A stretch of 64,000 nucleotides of DNA. It comes from Tubulanus polymorphus. Lineage: Eukaryota > Animalia > Nemertea. How positions within the stretch are numbered: the stretch's first letter is position 1; each line of letters begins with the position of its first letter. The stretch lies in contig NC_134033.1 in assembly GCF_964204645.1 (NCBI RefSeq), forward strand, positions 6,224,231 through 6,288,230, given 5' to 3'. The notes beneath the pieces are model-generated. The model did not search any database and was not told the origin of the DNA. It was given only the letters and a program-made list of their open reading frames with translations. A program made the position numbers and the translations under genes. Positions 49,434 through 62,298 of the stretch are shown in pieces.

Positions 49434-51701
49434 GCCAATGCCTATTTGGATGATTTTAAGAATTTTAAGTGAAATTAGAATAAGGCTCCAAAATTAGCTA
49501 TATTTTTACACCTAGGTAATAGAAAACAATTTCTAAAATAGCCAGCACACACTCTGTGATGCAAGTAATTTACAGGCATTTTAACCTACGCCTAGCCTCC
49601 AGGCACCAAAAAGAATATTTCTTCTACAAGTAGTCAAAGATGAATCCATATAAAGAATCTTTGGCATATTTCAGACTAGAACTAGATTGATTGATAAATT
49701 TTGAAACTAAGTCAATTAGTAGCCAAGTAACATATGAAAAAAGAGGAAAAAACGCTATTGTCATATACACGCAAACAAGAAAACGTATTCATCTAAACTT
49801 CTAAGGGACAGCTAAGTTGGAATCAACTTTTTTACATTTTTGAGTCTCATGGAGATGGAAATTAAATAACAGGAGCATCGAGGCTCGACAGACCAGATTA
49901 TACTGGTGAAATGAATACACGCTGGCCGTTCTACTATAAAAGTACTGGTCGGCTAAGTTACAATAGTTTGCTATTGATCATGGATATTCTTCTCAAAGCT
50001 TGATCATGGATATTCTTCTCAAACAATATGTGACTCTGGGTAGAATAATCACACCTGCCAAGCACTACAAACATTTATAAGTTCAGCTGTCAAACTCGGA
50101 ACACCACCGGATCACATACTAGAGTTTAATAAGTTCATAATTTTTGAAATTGTTACTGCAGGATTCCAAAGGCAGGATAAAGAAGATTCAGCTTATGCTT
50201 AGGTCCATCAGATTTCTAACTCCCGAACAGTACCCCACTTGCATTTGCCCAAACTTTCTTAAAGAAACCAGACTCTTCGGCTTTCTTCTTTATAGAGCTC
50301 ATCTCAGGGCATAAGTCTACAGACACGTAAAAATCTGCCTCTTTTAGGTGCTTTTTATTGAAACGTATCAACGTAAGCAAAACAGAAGGGCAGCAAGTAC
50401 ATGTAGTTAATCTGCAGACAGTATGTCAGTGTCAATATCAGCACTATCAATAAAGACCTGATTTAAAGTCAAATATACAAAGTTAACTCAGCTTATTTAA
50501 ACATAGCCATACACCTGGAGTAATCCTCTGGAAATACCGATCTCCATCCACAATAGCTGAAGTATTAATCCACTGTTTGTATAATGTAACTTAGGAAAAT
50601 TTTCTCTCCATATTTTGATATTTATATCCAACTTAAGCAGGAACAGCTAAACAGTGCACCTTACATAGGCGGCCATTCTTGTCTGTTGAAATGAATCAAA
50701 AGCTGTATTAGTGGGTGGGCTAAGTGACTTCTGATTTCAGCCACAAGGTTACCATTGGCATGGAGTTAACCTAGCGTGGTATGAGTAAAGTAATTTAAAG
50801 ACACAATCGAGATCATACCTTAAATTTGAAATGTGGGATTTTTTTTCAAAATGATCAACACCGCCATTACTGAAAATAACATTTTCAACCATAATCTTGC
50901 AACCAAGTGACCTAGACCAGTAAAATTGTTTTTACACACTAACTCATGGCCATACTTTCAGATAAAAGATTTTTATTCAATTTAGACTGGTAATTCGGCC
51001 TTTTTCAATATTGCCGCCACGGCCTTTACAGAAAATCACATTTCCATCCATAACTTTGCTACCAACCTATCTAGACCAGACTAGAGGGAGGGTTGCATGA
51101 AAATTCGCTCAGTGGTTAATCGATGTTCTCGCTAATTTTAGGGTTATTGGTGTGTTAGATCTGTGCCTATGATACGATAGAGAAAAATACATCAGGACAG
51201 AAATGGAATATTCACAATTAAATAGCGGCATGCTCGATCATCAACTTCATAACTTATACAGTGACCACAGCACAGTGAAAAAAGCACCTTTGAAAAGGGC
51301 CAGTATTAATGCCCAGCGAGCGAGTTCGAGTGCCATTCATTGGTATCATGCCACTAAATTTGCCTTCACATTCAATTTGCTTGTGGCTTTTTTAGATCTT
51401 TGGCGAAATTTGCCCTTTTTCAATTAACCCTAAACTCGATTAAATCTATAGAGCAACAATAATGTCTCTTTTAGAATAGTGGCCTTTTGAGTAAAAAATG
51501 CCTTAGATTGCCTTTTATGACTTTGGGCAATTTATTTCATTCACAATTTGCTTTAGGCCTAGTACAAAAAGGCAATTTTTTTTCATGGCGCACAAATTGT
51601 GTGCCCTTTTATTTATTTATTCTTCCGAAACATAAATTTTTCAAGGGCATTTGAATGTGCGATAGTCTGGATCCGCGCCTGATCATTTGACTGAATTTCT
51701 A

Positions 51702-51865
51702 CCGGTTCCTGAACTTCGCTGAACAAGCTGAAACACTGAAACGCTGAAATAAAAACGCTGAAATTTCAGGGAATTTCCAAAAAAACGCGTAAATTTCAGG
51801 GAATTCCCGAAAAACGCTGAAATCGTGCTAGGTACCGAAAATACACGTTTTGAAATATTTTCCGA
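51702..51865 (+). repeat. Terminal module of the dispersed repeat CGGTTCCTGAACTTCGCTGAA (third copy)
   Basis: Same sequence as 61359-61470 and the reverse complement of 58370-58534. Confidence 0.75.
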
Positions 51866-52072
51866 AGAAAAAGGGCTCAGCTGCGATAGTCATTCTGAAG
51901 GAACTTGGCCGAAGGGGGACATACTTTCTTAGTCAACCGTATGTGAAATATATGTCGTAACCGCAAAAAAAAGCATGCGCGGGTTACTGATTAAAGAGGC
52001 CTCGACGACTGGATTTCTCGAAGAAACAGCGACAAAATCCTCACAGTCGACTGCTCACCATCCGGGACAACA

Positions 52073-52614
52073 ACCTGAATATTAAATAACAAAACGAGCA
52101 TGAACCATATGATCATGAAGTTTATTACATCAACCTGATTCTCACAATGACCAGGCAAAACTGATCTGCTATTTACACCGACATTAATAATTTATTCATT
52201 CACATTTAATCAACATTTAATTTCTTCTACTGACTAGATAAAACACTTTGCATTTGATATTATAATCTGTTACTTATTTATATAAACTTAAACCTAGAAC
52301 ACACAGACATCAATGATAACAACAATTCAAACAAATTAACAGACAATGTCTCCACCTACCAGTACGATCCAGCATAACCCGGGAGTTTCAGATCAAGTAG
52401 AAAAATGCATATAATTCAATATAAATAATTCCCAAAATTATCCCAGGAACCCTCAGCTCACATGCACCACAAAATCACAGACATATATTCATAATAAATT
52501 CAAGAAGATTATGATCTTACCTGAATATTAAATAACAAAACGAGCATGAACCATATGATCATGAAGTTTATTACATCAACCTGATTCTCACAATGACCAG
52601 GCAAAACTGATCTG
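52073..52614 (+). repeat. 96-bp perfect direct repeat (52073-52168 and 52519-52614)
   Basis: ACCTGAATATTAAATAAC...GCAAAACTGATCTG occurs twice. Confidence 0.85.
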
Positions 52615-55600
52615 GTCAGCTGATATCAGGTGTTCCTCAGAGGGCAGCACAATACAACCATGAAGCAAGTTGAGCTAATAGCTGCAATGAAAATACTGGC
52701 TACCACATATATTCAGTGAATTGTTGTGTTTATGATGTGGAAATCACAAAAGTCTGAATAAAGTTTACAATAGTCGAACTCCTTGTCGGTGTTTTGTGAG
52801 ATCAGATATTTGGATCCACCGCAGCATCTCCACTTATATTCCCGATACAGACAGTGAGTTGGGACAGACTTGGGTAAGACTGAATTCAGATCATCTGGAT
52901 ATTCGCAATATTTTCCTCTCCTCATGGACCAAACATGATTTTTGCTAGAGAAATTGAGTATAAAATCCATAATGAATATAACTCTTTTTTACTGCCATTC
53001 TATATTTATTGTCCGCTTCTAGTACAAAATCTTATTCAATAAGCTTATACAGACAGCCTGACATGATGATACGTATTTTGTGACATTGCAAATTGTGTGA
53101 CAACAGAATGACACTGAAATCTCTAACTTAACTCGCATCACAAAGACCAAGTCTTGACCAGACAGTAGGCCTAAATCCATGCTCGCTTAAGTAGTTATTC
53201 ATAAATTCCAGCTCTTTAAACCTCATCACTGTATCAGAATTTCATCGTTATTTGGAATCCTATTTCATGACGATTAGTGCTGGATTCGTTAATCTCTTTG
53301 ATTCGTGATTGACGTTACTTTCTGAAATTGAATCAATACACATATCACCAACAATTAAACCTGGATTGACTTTTCAATTCATGTCTCATCCATTTTTCAA
53401 ACTGACCATGATACAACGACAATTTATTCTGTGCACGTTGAGCTCATTCAATTTGATATTAAGTTGTATCTCAGAAAATCTTCATCAGAACACACACAAT
53501 GACCTACAAATAGACAATCAACAGAATATTTGTAAATAAGTATTCATTTACTGTTCACAAGTTTTAAAAGACATTGTCATTGAAGTGAAGTAAGTGAAGT
53601 TACCTGTCGTATAATATTTTCACCTCACTGGGGGTCACTGAAATTGACTGCTTATGTCCAGTGTCACATTCAGAATAATCAATCAATCATCTTAAGTGAA
53701 CTGACAAATTGCCGGTGTCGTGGCCTCTGCTGCATGGCTGGTTCAGTTCAGTACGTCAGTCAGTGGAGATTGGTTTTTCCATCTCAAGTTCGTTGTTGTT
53801 GTCGATTGACGACCGTTCCTTCGAGCAGGGTAGATTTTGACGGCCCTGTAACGGAGACATCTTGAATTGTATATCGATATTTTCGAAGCCACACGTAGTA
53901 CAGGTGCCCGCAGAAGCGTTACCTGATAGTTTTGGTCGAGTTTCTTTCTTCCATTGATGTAAAAACCGACTTTTAAGAGGTCCATGGAACGTAAATCGAG
54001 ACACTCTGGAGGCGGCCATGTTACATTGTTCACGTGATGAAATACTGAAATCTGATTGGATCCGTATATTCTGCGGAAGATGGCGGCCGGGTTAAACCTG
54101 TCCTATTCTGACTGCGAATGCAGGTGGCACAGAATTGGACAGGCGACCAGTCTAATACCGGTACGATCTAACAATGAAATTATCACTTCATTTGAATAAA
54201 TTCTAAATTTCAGTAATATTAATTCTCAATATTTTTTCTTATGTTTGGTGATTTCTTGCAACTTATCATTGCCGAGTCTCATACAAGCAGTAGCTGAATG
54301 AAAGTACAGTTAGCCTGAACCTGATTACCCAAATTAAGTGCTAGCATGGAACTTATGATTGTTTTGATTCTATTTCGGTGTCATTGAAATTCGTTAATAA
54401 GGTTCAACCGTCATAGTATACTGTACTTATCATTGCTACGATTGGGTGCCATATTTCTACAATTTCTACAAGGAAGGAGTCTTGAAGTGTCTTTCGTTCC
54501 CGGGTAGGCATCCTCGCTTGCCAGGAGTCCGGTATCCCTCCCGAACTCGCTTCCAGCCCCCTGGCCTCACGACGCATGATTTCATTACCGGCGCTTTTGC
54601 GTCATATATCACGTCATATATCAACACGCGACAATACTTCCGCGTTCGCTACGTGTTCGCTGATTGGTCCATTTACCGGGAAATTCCATAGATGCCTAAT
54701 GTCATTTGTAACAAGCGCTGTGATTGGCCCGACCTGATTCTGGTCGGCTAGTAACGACTCCAACGACTCGTGAGGTCAAGGGGTTCGGGGAACAGCTTTA
54801 GCGTAGTGGGTTCGAATCCCTTGACAGGTGAAGATGCCGGGTAGGGTACGGGGTAAAACCTGGTTTACATTATCTTTCTACTTGCTGGAGACTACTATCT
54901 GCAATGTATTGCATGCTTTGATTTGTCTGGCTTATAAGAGTCGCAACAGCATTTTCCCATACACAGACTTGGCTTTAGTACTAGATGAAGGCTAGGCACT
55001 GCACATTGTGGATTGACTGGAACTCTAAACTCACAAAATTAAACGAGTCAACAAGAAAGATCCAATAATTGGACTTTTGTCTAACTATATTATTTAACAG
55101 CTTAAAATAATACATAACACATTCTGCAAGAGTAAACAAAAGAAATCAGTTCTTACATTATATCAGAATCAATAGTTCGCTTAACTCGGGCTTGAATTCT
55201 GGTTCCATTGCTTCATATTCTAATGAAATCCACTAGCATACCTTAGCATATTGCTTAGCTTAAGACAAAAAATTTGGTACCAGGAAAAATAAAGTGGGTG
55301 TACTGTACATCCGCAATTGACTTATTTCTCTCTGGTTATTACTGAAATAGCATTTGAATAGCCATTTCATTTTTAAAAATTGTGTCGTTCAGCTATCCTG
55401 CTGCAAATTTCGCAGTTGAAGTTAACTAGTGCCATCTGATTTCTCAGTATCTCAAATTTGCACATTCTTAGCCCGAGTCTAAAAATAGAAAAAGGTTTAG
55501 TAGGAAATAAAAGAATAGTGGCTAATACACCCTGGATATATAGCCTATGGGGTGGGCCTAGTTTGAAAGCACTGAGGTCCGAGGGAACAGCACTTTGTAA

Positions 55601-56157
55601 GTAAATAGTGAAACTTACAAAACACCCAATACTTGAGATGATGTACTTGACAAGAAATGTCCAGCTAAGCAAATCAACTTTGTATATGACTCCTCCTTTT
55701 ATAGATAGAGTAGTAGCCTAAAATATGAATCGGTAAATTTTTCTAACATGTGGTATGTCATTTTTTTCAAAAAAACCTAATTATCATCGCACCACAGCAA
55801 ATAAATTATTCACAGTTGTTGAATGGTTTTCCCTATTTATATTTATTGGTTGACGCTAGTTAGTATGACCCATACGTAGGGCCTACTGCATCTGCATGCC
55901 ATTGGCGTCAATCCATTCCATTCCACGGTGAATTAAAAATGAATTTAGTGAGATCCCTTTTGTCCGAAAGCTGCATCGTTTATATAACTAGCTGTCAAAT
56001 TTAATTTACCTCCTTCAGAGAATACCATAGTCCGTCACCCATCAACGTGTTGACAAAAGAAAAGTTGCTCATAATCCTGTTTTATACATGAACGTTCAAA
56101 TAAGATTTTTTACGTCTTGCAGAAGTAAACCATTTTCTTGGTATATTAAGCATAGTG

Positions 56158-56757
56158 GGCGCTATTGCCAAAATTTTTTTTTCCGTATATTATTAATCAG
56201 GGAGGTCTGTAGAGTCAAAATAGATTACTTTTGACCAAAAAAATAATTTTTTCCAAGCCAAAATTCTGATAATTTTCGATTTCCTCGATTCAAACCGACG
56301 GGTCGGCCATGTTTCCGCACTAATTACCACCTAAAAACATCTGAATAAATATATCTCAATAAATTTAATTGAATTGAATTGACAAAATTTCGTTTTTGGG
56401 CATATAACTTTTCTTCATCAGAACATCTTTAAATCAATAGCTAAGTGTGAAAATAATGCAATCATACGCGTTATTTTCAGAGATGGTTATGTTTAAAAAC
56501 TTGGTTTTTGTAAAGTTTTAACGTCATGACATTTCAGTGGAGGGTTAGGAACTTTGATTGACATCCAATATGGCGTTGTTGACGTCGCGAATCGGCGAAT
56601 TTACACGCGATTTAGGGCCCAAAATAACAAAATTATAACCTAGAAAAAGTAAGTTTTTGGGTCAAAAGTTACTGATTTTGAATCCCTAGACCTCCCTGAT
56701 AATAAATATGCTGCAATAAAAATTTTTGGGAGGGGGGTACGAAAGTGCAATAGCGCC
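56158..56757. mobile_element. Mutator-like MITE with 9-bp TSD
   Basis: GGCGCTATTGC / GCAATAGCGCC ends with long imperfect TIRs; TSD AGCATAGTG; absent from repeat copy B. Confidence 0.8.
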
Positions 56758-56899
56758 AGCATAGTGTTTAAGTTGGCTTGAACGGTTTGTAAATGGGTTT
56801 TCCTCATCATGCTGCCTGTATGCATTAAAAATCCGGATTCCAAGCGAATTAATTTGTCCAACAAGTGGCCCTCTAGAAGTATACTCCACACATGCTGCC

Positions 56900-58290
56900 A
56901 ATTCAATTCAATTCAATTCAATAGATTTATTTGCATAGAATACAATATGTAAACATATATACAATCTACACAGGCCTAGCAACGCCAGAAAGGCCGCTTA
57001 ACGCTAGCACCCATACAAAAAATCAAACAAAGTACCGTAACAAAAATATACACAAATTATACAAATATAATTAACAATATGACTAATATAATTAACAATA
57101 TGACTCAGCAGAATGTGGATGCGTAATTATTATGTGACTGGCTATTAATTATACCGTTTGGGGATTCGATAATCTTAAATAACAGTTATAAAGCAGTTAA
57201 TATTATTGCAAACAGTTAGGTTACTATAAGTGGAGATGAGATAGGTCTTTATCATACATTTAACGGATGATTTACTTAAAAGGTCGATAACGTTACTAAT
57301 TGGTAATGTTCTCCATATATTAGCAAGATATTCTTTCGGTGATTTTGTTTCTTTAAAATGTGGGTTTGTAAGTGAAGAAAAGTTGTGGTCGAGGTGAATG
57401 CTTTTAATGATTAGGCAATTTTTTGAGGTGCATGCTTTTAATGATTAGGTAATTTGTTGTGAGAAGATCTGCAGTAAAAAAGTTTTTGAAGTATTTTGGA
57501 GGGTTGTTTTTGAGTGGGTCATAGATGAAAAGAGTGGCTTTAAGTGTGTAGAGATCATTTATTTAGAGAAGATTAAGTTGTTTGAAGAGTGGTTCAGAGT
57601 GGGCAGTAAAGTTAGACTAATAATTCGAGTTATTTGTTTTTGAAGTAAAAGACATTGTTGCGTGTGTGGTGAGTGACCCCATGATAATATACCATAGTTT
57701 AAGTGAGGAAGGACAAGTGCATTGTAGATGGGGATGAGGTGATTTTGATTTAGAATTTGACTGCATTTATAGATGATACCCAGGCCTTGTGAAATTCGTT
57801 TGCGAACTTTTTCTATGTGGGTTTCCAGTTAAAGTTTTCTTGTAAAATAATGCCTATAAAATTAATGTGGTCTACTCTACTTATCTCTTTACCTTTAATA
57901 AAGAGTTTTAGGGGATTTCTCAATGCATTACTAATGAAAGGCTTACGTTGACTAGAGTGGAATAGGATAAATTTGGTTTTTTCCATGTTGAGAGATAGTA
58001 TATTAGCTAGTAACCAATCGTGAAGAAAGTCTAAATCCTTATTAACTTTTGTTAGAAGAGAATTTATGTCCCTGTCATACGCCAACCCTGTAGTGTCGTC
58101 TGCAAAAAGAACTAAGTCTAAGTTAGGTGTTGAAATGTACAAGTCATTGATATAAACGAGGAATAATAATGGCCCGAGGATAGAACCTTGAAGTACTCCA
58201 CAAGAAATCTCAAGAACAGATGATTTAACAAATTGAAAAGAAACATATTGGTGTCTGTTTGATAAAAAGGAGGACAACCAATGAAGCTTC
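56900..58290 (-). mobile_element. 5'-truncated LINE RT fragment
   Basis: GVLQGSILGPLLFLVYINDL..LFADDT; (TTGAA)n tail at 56900-56921. Confidence 0.8.
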
Positions 58291-58514
58291 CATGCATGAT
58301 GCATGTCTCTGTAACCGAAGGTGGAGAGTAAAACACGGTTCAGGACTCGGCAGCGGACACCGGCCCGGAAAATATTTCAAAACGTGTATAGTCAGTACCT
58401 AGCACGATTTCAGCGTTTTTCGGATATTCCCTGAAATTTCGGCGTTTTTCGGAAATTTCATGAAATTTCAGCGTTTTTATTTCAGCGTTTCGGCGTTTCA
58501 GTATTTCAGCTTTT

Positions 58515-59474
58515 TCAGCGAAGTTCAGGAACCGAATTTCTACAGCGGATTTTCATACAGAAATACTCACGAATTTCTCGTCCAAGTAAAAGATATATGT
58601 AGAAATTTACTACAAAGTTACACATTTGAAATTGGGAAAATATATCATATAGGAAATTCCTCTGTTCCGAGGAGATTGGTAGAAATGTAGTTATAGTAGG
58701 TGGAAGTGTAAATACTGCAAATGCGAGTGAAACTGTTACAAGCATTATTGTTATACGTTTTGATTTTGAAGTTTTTTGATCGGATGATACCATTTTTGAG
58801 CCTCTGAATAACTGAATAATTATTACAGAATTTGATGTTATGATTAAAGTTAACGGTAAAAGGTAAACGTAAATAACAATTATGACAAAATAATTTATTT
58901 GATCGATTAATTCGTGGTAACATCCAAAAGACTTGTCAGTAAAATGTATCAACAAAACCGGTGTGAGATATATAACCAGAGCATTCACTGTAATAATCAT
59001 CAATATAGCAAATCTAGCGAATTGCGCTGTACATATCAAGCGAGATGTGAACGGGAAGAGCACAACTGCCGCACGTTCGAGGGATATTGATACTATCAAC
59101 CACGAACTAGTGCTCTCAGCGAGTGCCATCAAATACTCATAAATTTGACAAGTGATCAGTGAATTCATGATGAATATAGGACCAGAGCTTAGATGCGAAA
59201 GAACAAACTGTAAAACTGGCATCAGGTTAAAACTGATACAGAACGTGAAATCACTAAGAGACAAAATAATAAGATAGTTAGCGTAAGAAAAACTGCGGAA
59301 TCTAGCACTTGTCATTATAAGGAAAGTTGCTGAATTTCCAAACGCTCCAAACAGGAATACGACAGGTAGAATTACCAGTGATACAGTACGGTAGATTCCA
59401 GACCTGTTCACCACAGACATGAGTAAGATGTAACTCTTGTAAGTTCGACCAATTTGCATCTGAGTGGAATTCAT
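58515..59474 (-). CDS. Intronless rhodopsin-family (peptide receptor-like) GPCR
   Basis: GAFGN, LSLSD, SWLIVSISLERAAVVLFP, FTLP, VVNFYIY; 7 TM. Confidence 0.88.
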   Translation of the reverse strand: MNSTQMQIGRTYKSYILLMSVVNRSGIYRTVSLVILPVVFLFGAFGNSATFLIMTSARFRSFSYANYLIILSLSDFTFCISFNLMPVLQFVLSHLSSGPIFIMNSLITCQIYEYLMALAESTSSWLIVSISLERAAVVLFPFTSRLICTAQFARFAILMIITVNALVIYLTPVLLIHFTDKSFGCYHELIDQINYFVIIVIYVYLLPLTLIITSNSVIIIQLFRGSKMVSSDQKTSKSKRITIMLVTVSLAFAVFTLPPTITTFLPISSEQRNFLYDIFSQFQMCNFVVNFYIYLLLGREIREYFCMKIRCRNSVPELR

Positions 59475-59949
59475 GATTCACGATAATCAATTCTTGAATG
59501 TGTGGAGTAATTATGACAATAGACCATGGACGTATAAAATAGATTTAGTTAGTACGTCCATGAATCGACTGACAAATCAAAGTCATTGTTGTATTGTTCG
59601 CAGCAAATGAAAAATCATTTCTCACAAATCTAATACAATAGACTCAGATCTCGTGAAAGTTTATTGTATTGTATTGTATTTTGGCATGTATACATAATGG
59701 ATAAGAGGATCCAGCGTACCCAGCCATGTATAGCTTACAAGGCACTTTGACATAGGCCCTAACTTGTAAAAAATAAATATCACTACATATCAATATTCGT
59801 TTTTTAAGAATTCCATTGTACGTATATCGTGGATATTGCAATAAAACATCTGAACAGGTTGGAAAATGGCCAGGAAAAATTCCACATCTACACCAAATGT
59901 TGGATTTTCCTGACTAAAAGAGGTGTCAGACCCTATTCCCTTACACCCT

Positions 59950-60152
59950 GCGCGAGGGTAGCCAGTGGTTCACATGATCTGCCGTACAATCCGTTAAAGG
60001 TTCGAGCCCGCGTTGGTGGCTCTCTTATGACTATTGCTTGCACAGACCTACCAACATATACGATATCAGTGTATAGTTTTTACGAGAACGTTGCCGTCAC
60101 TACACCACTACGGGCGATGGTGAAAGAATAACGATTTGAAAGAAAAAAAAAA
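59950..60152 (+). mobile_element. tRNA-derived SINE
   Basis: A-box-like GTAGCCAGTGG, B-box GGTTCGAGCC, A-rich tail. Confidence 0.5.
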
Positions 60153-60829
60153 CGTGTGCGGTTATTGCACATGGTGTGATATCTTAATTGATTTGCATAT
60201 GAACAATACAGCTGCTGCGATGAAAGTGAAACTTTCCATTTTCGTCCAATGGTAAACTTTTCAAGTACAGATTTACCAAGTCATCTCAAAATTCGGACGC
60301 TCCCGAGCCTGGGATTCGCTTCATGGCAGAATTGCGCTGTACTTATCTACAAAGTATACATTGTCAAATACGCAAAAGCAACGGTAATATTGAACGAGCA
60401 ATGGTAAATCGAACATACCATTAGTTCTACGACGGTCAGGAAAAATGTAATCATCAAATCTCGATGTACACCGTTTAACAGAAAACCCTAATGATTGAGC
60501 CATTCGTCGATATCCAGTGACTGGATCTTGATATCTCCATTCACTATACTCTTCCCGATCTGAATCGTACTTTACTCTTCTGAATCGTATGATAGTGTCG
60601 GCGTGAATCTCCATAATTCATTAAACGATTCAGGTTTATATTCGGCAATAGTACTAACAATACAATTAGTTTATCGCTCCACAAAATTTACATTTGCACG
60701 GAGCACAAAAAAACAGGTTCATACATTGTACACGTATCCATGCAGTTTACAGAATTCATACAAACACGGTTTAAATGAGAAGAAATACATGAATACTTAT
60801 CAATCAACAATAGCTTGAAAAGTACATAT

Positions 60830-61355
60830 TTAATATGAGTTAGAGAAAATTTGATCCTTGCTGTATAAAGCGAGACAGGTTACAGTGCTGTTTGCCCTTA
60901 GAATTTAATAATTGTAACAGTTTGTTAAGGCACTTGGTCTTATTCTAAAATATGGTTTAATGAACCGGGTGCGAAGATTCTGAAGGAAAGGGCATTCTAG
61001 AACAAGTGGTACTCATCCCCAATGACTCTCAAATTACATAGATTACATATTCGTTCTTCCCTGGGGGTACGGTTATATCTTCCTATTTCGACTGGTAGTT
61101 TATGGTTAGAGCACCGAAATCGGCAAAGAATTATTCTAAGATCCGTTGGCAGTTTGACAAGGTTATTTTCGATACCCCATTGGTTTTAAAAAATTCATAG
61201 TACGTGGCGATGCTTGATTCATTTACTATGCTGTGCCAAGTTTGGGTAAATTGATCAGTTAATCGTGTCCGCACTGTTAAAGAGAAGAGCTCCAGGCCCG
61301 GTGTATTTTGGTTGTACCACAAATCACCAAGTCCGTTAGATTCCAATGTGTTCTT
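60830..61355 (-). mobile_element. LINE 3' fragment
   Basis: GLGDLW..RLTDQFTQTW; CRFRCSNHKLPVEIGRY..RICNLC. Confidence 0.65.
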
Positions 61356-61358
61356 GAT

Positions 61359-62297
61359 CGGTTCCTGAACTTCGCTGAAAAAGCTGAATCACTGAAACGC
61401 TGAAACAAAAACGCTTACATTTCAGGGAATTTCCGAGGTACCGACAATACACGTTCTGAAATATTTTCCGGGCCGGTGTCCGCTGCCGAGTCCTGAACCG
61501 TGTTTTAGTGTCTACCTTCGGTTACAGAGACATGCATGGACAGTATGTGTGGAGTATACTTCTAGAGGTCCACTTTTTGGACAAATTAATTCCTTGAAAT
61601 CCGAATTTTTAATGCATACAGGCAGCATAATGATGAAAATCCATTCACAAACCGTGCAAGCCAACTTAAACACAGGGACTTGTCACAATTGATAGTGAAT
61701 GAATAAAACCAATATCAATGACCAGGTCCACTATCCCTGTATAATATAAAAAAGTTATTTTATTATACAGTTGCAGGGATACTGGTACCCCCATCATTGG
61801 TCTCATCCATTATCAGTCGTGACAAGTCCCTGTGAACTTAAACACTATGAGTATGCTCAATATTCCCTGCAAGACGCAAAATATCTTATTTGAACGTTCA
61901 TGTATAAAACATGGAGCAACTTTTCTTTTGTCAACACGTTGATGGGCGACGGACTATGGTATTCTCTGAAGGAGGTAAATTAATTTTGACAGCTAGTTAT
62001 ATAAATGATGCAGCTTTTGGGCAAAAGGGATCTAACTAAATTTCTTTTTAAATCACTGTGGAATGGAATGGATTGACGCCAACGGCATGCAGTAGGCCCC
62101 TACATATGGGTCATACTAATTAGCGTCAACCAATTAATCTAAATCGGGCAAACCATTCAACAACTATGAATAAGTTATTTGCTGTGGTGTGATAATAATT
62201 AGTTTTTTTTTAAAAAAAATGACATACCAACTATTAGAAAAATGTACCGATTCTTATTTTCAGACTACTACTGAATCTATAAAAGGAGGAGTCATAG
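61359..62297 (+). mobile_element. Dispersed non-coding repeat (copy B)
   Basis: Inverted homolog of 55685-58534 without those insertions. Confidence 0.75.
61671..61834. mobile_element. 164-bp MITE with 16-bp TIR and 8-bp TSD (P/hAT-like)
   Basis: CACAGGGACTTGTCAC / GTGACAAGTCCCTGTG; TSD AACTTAAA; absent from copy A. Confidence 0.85.
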
Positions 62298-62298
62298 A

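Larger units (their letters stand above)
55685..58534 (-). mobile_element. Dispersed non-coding repeat (copy A), interrupted by a MULE-like MITE and a LINE
   Basis: 55685-56122, 56760-56895 and 58300-58534 are the reverse complement of consecutive parts of 61359-62297. Confidence 0.75.

Noticed and set aside
52713-54033. Short Cys-containing ORFs as exons of a host gene
   Set aside because: No recognisable domain or consistent splice chain.
54780-54830. tRNA gene (GGTTCGAATCC B-box)
   Set aside because: No cloverleaf could be built; at most a SINE or other TE fragment.
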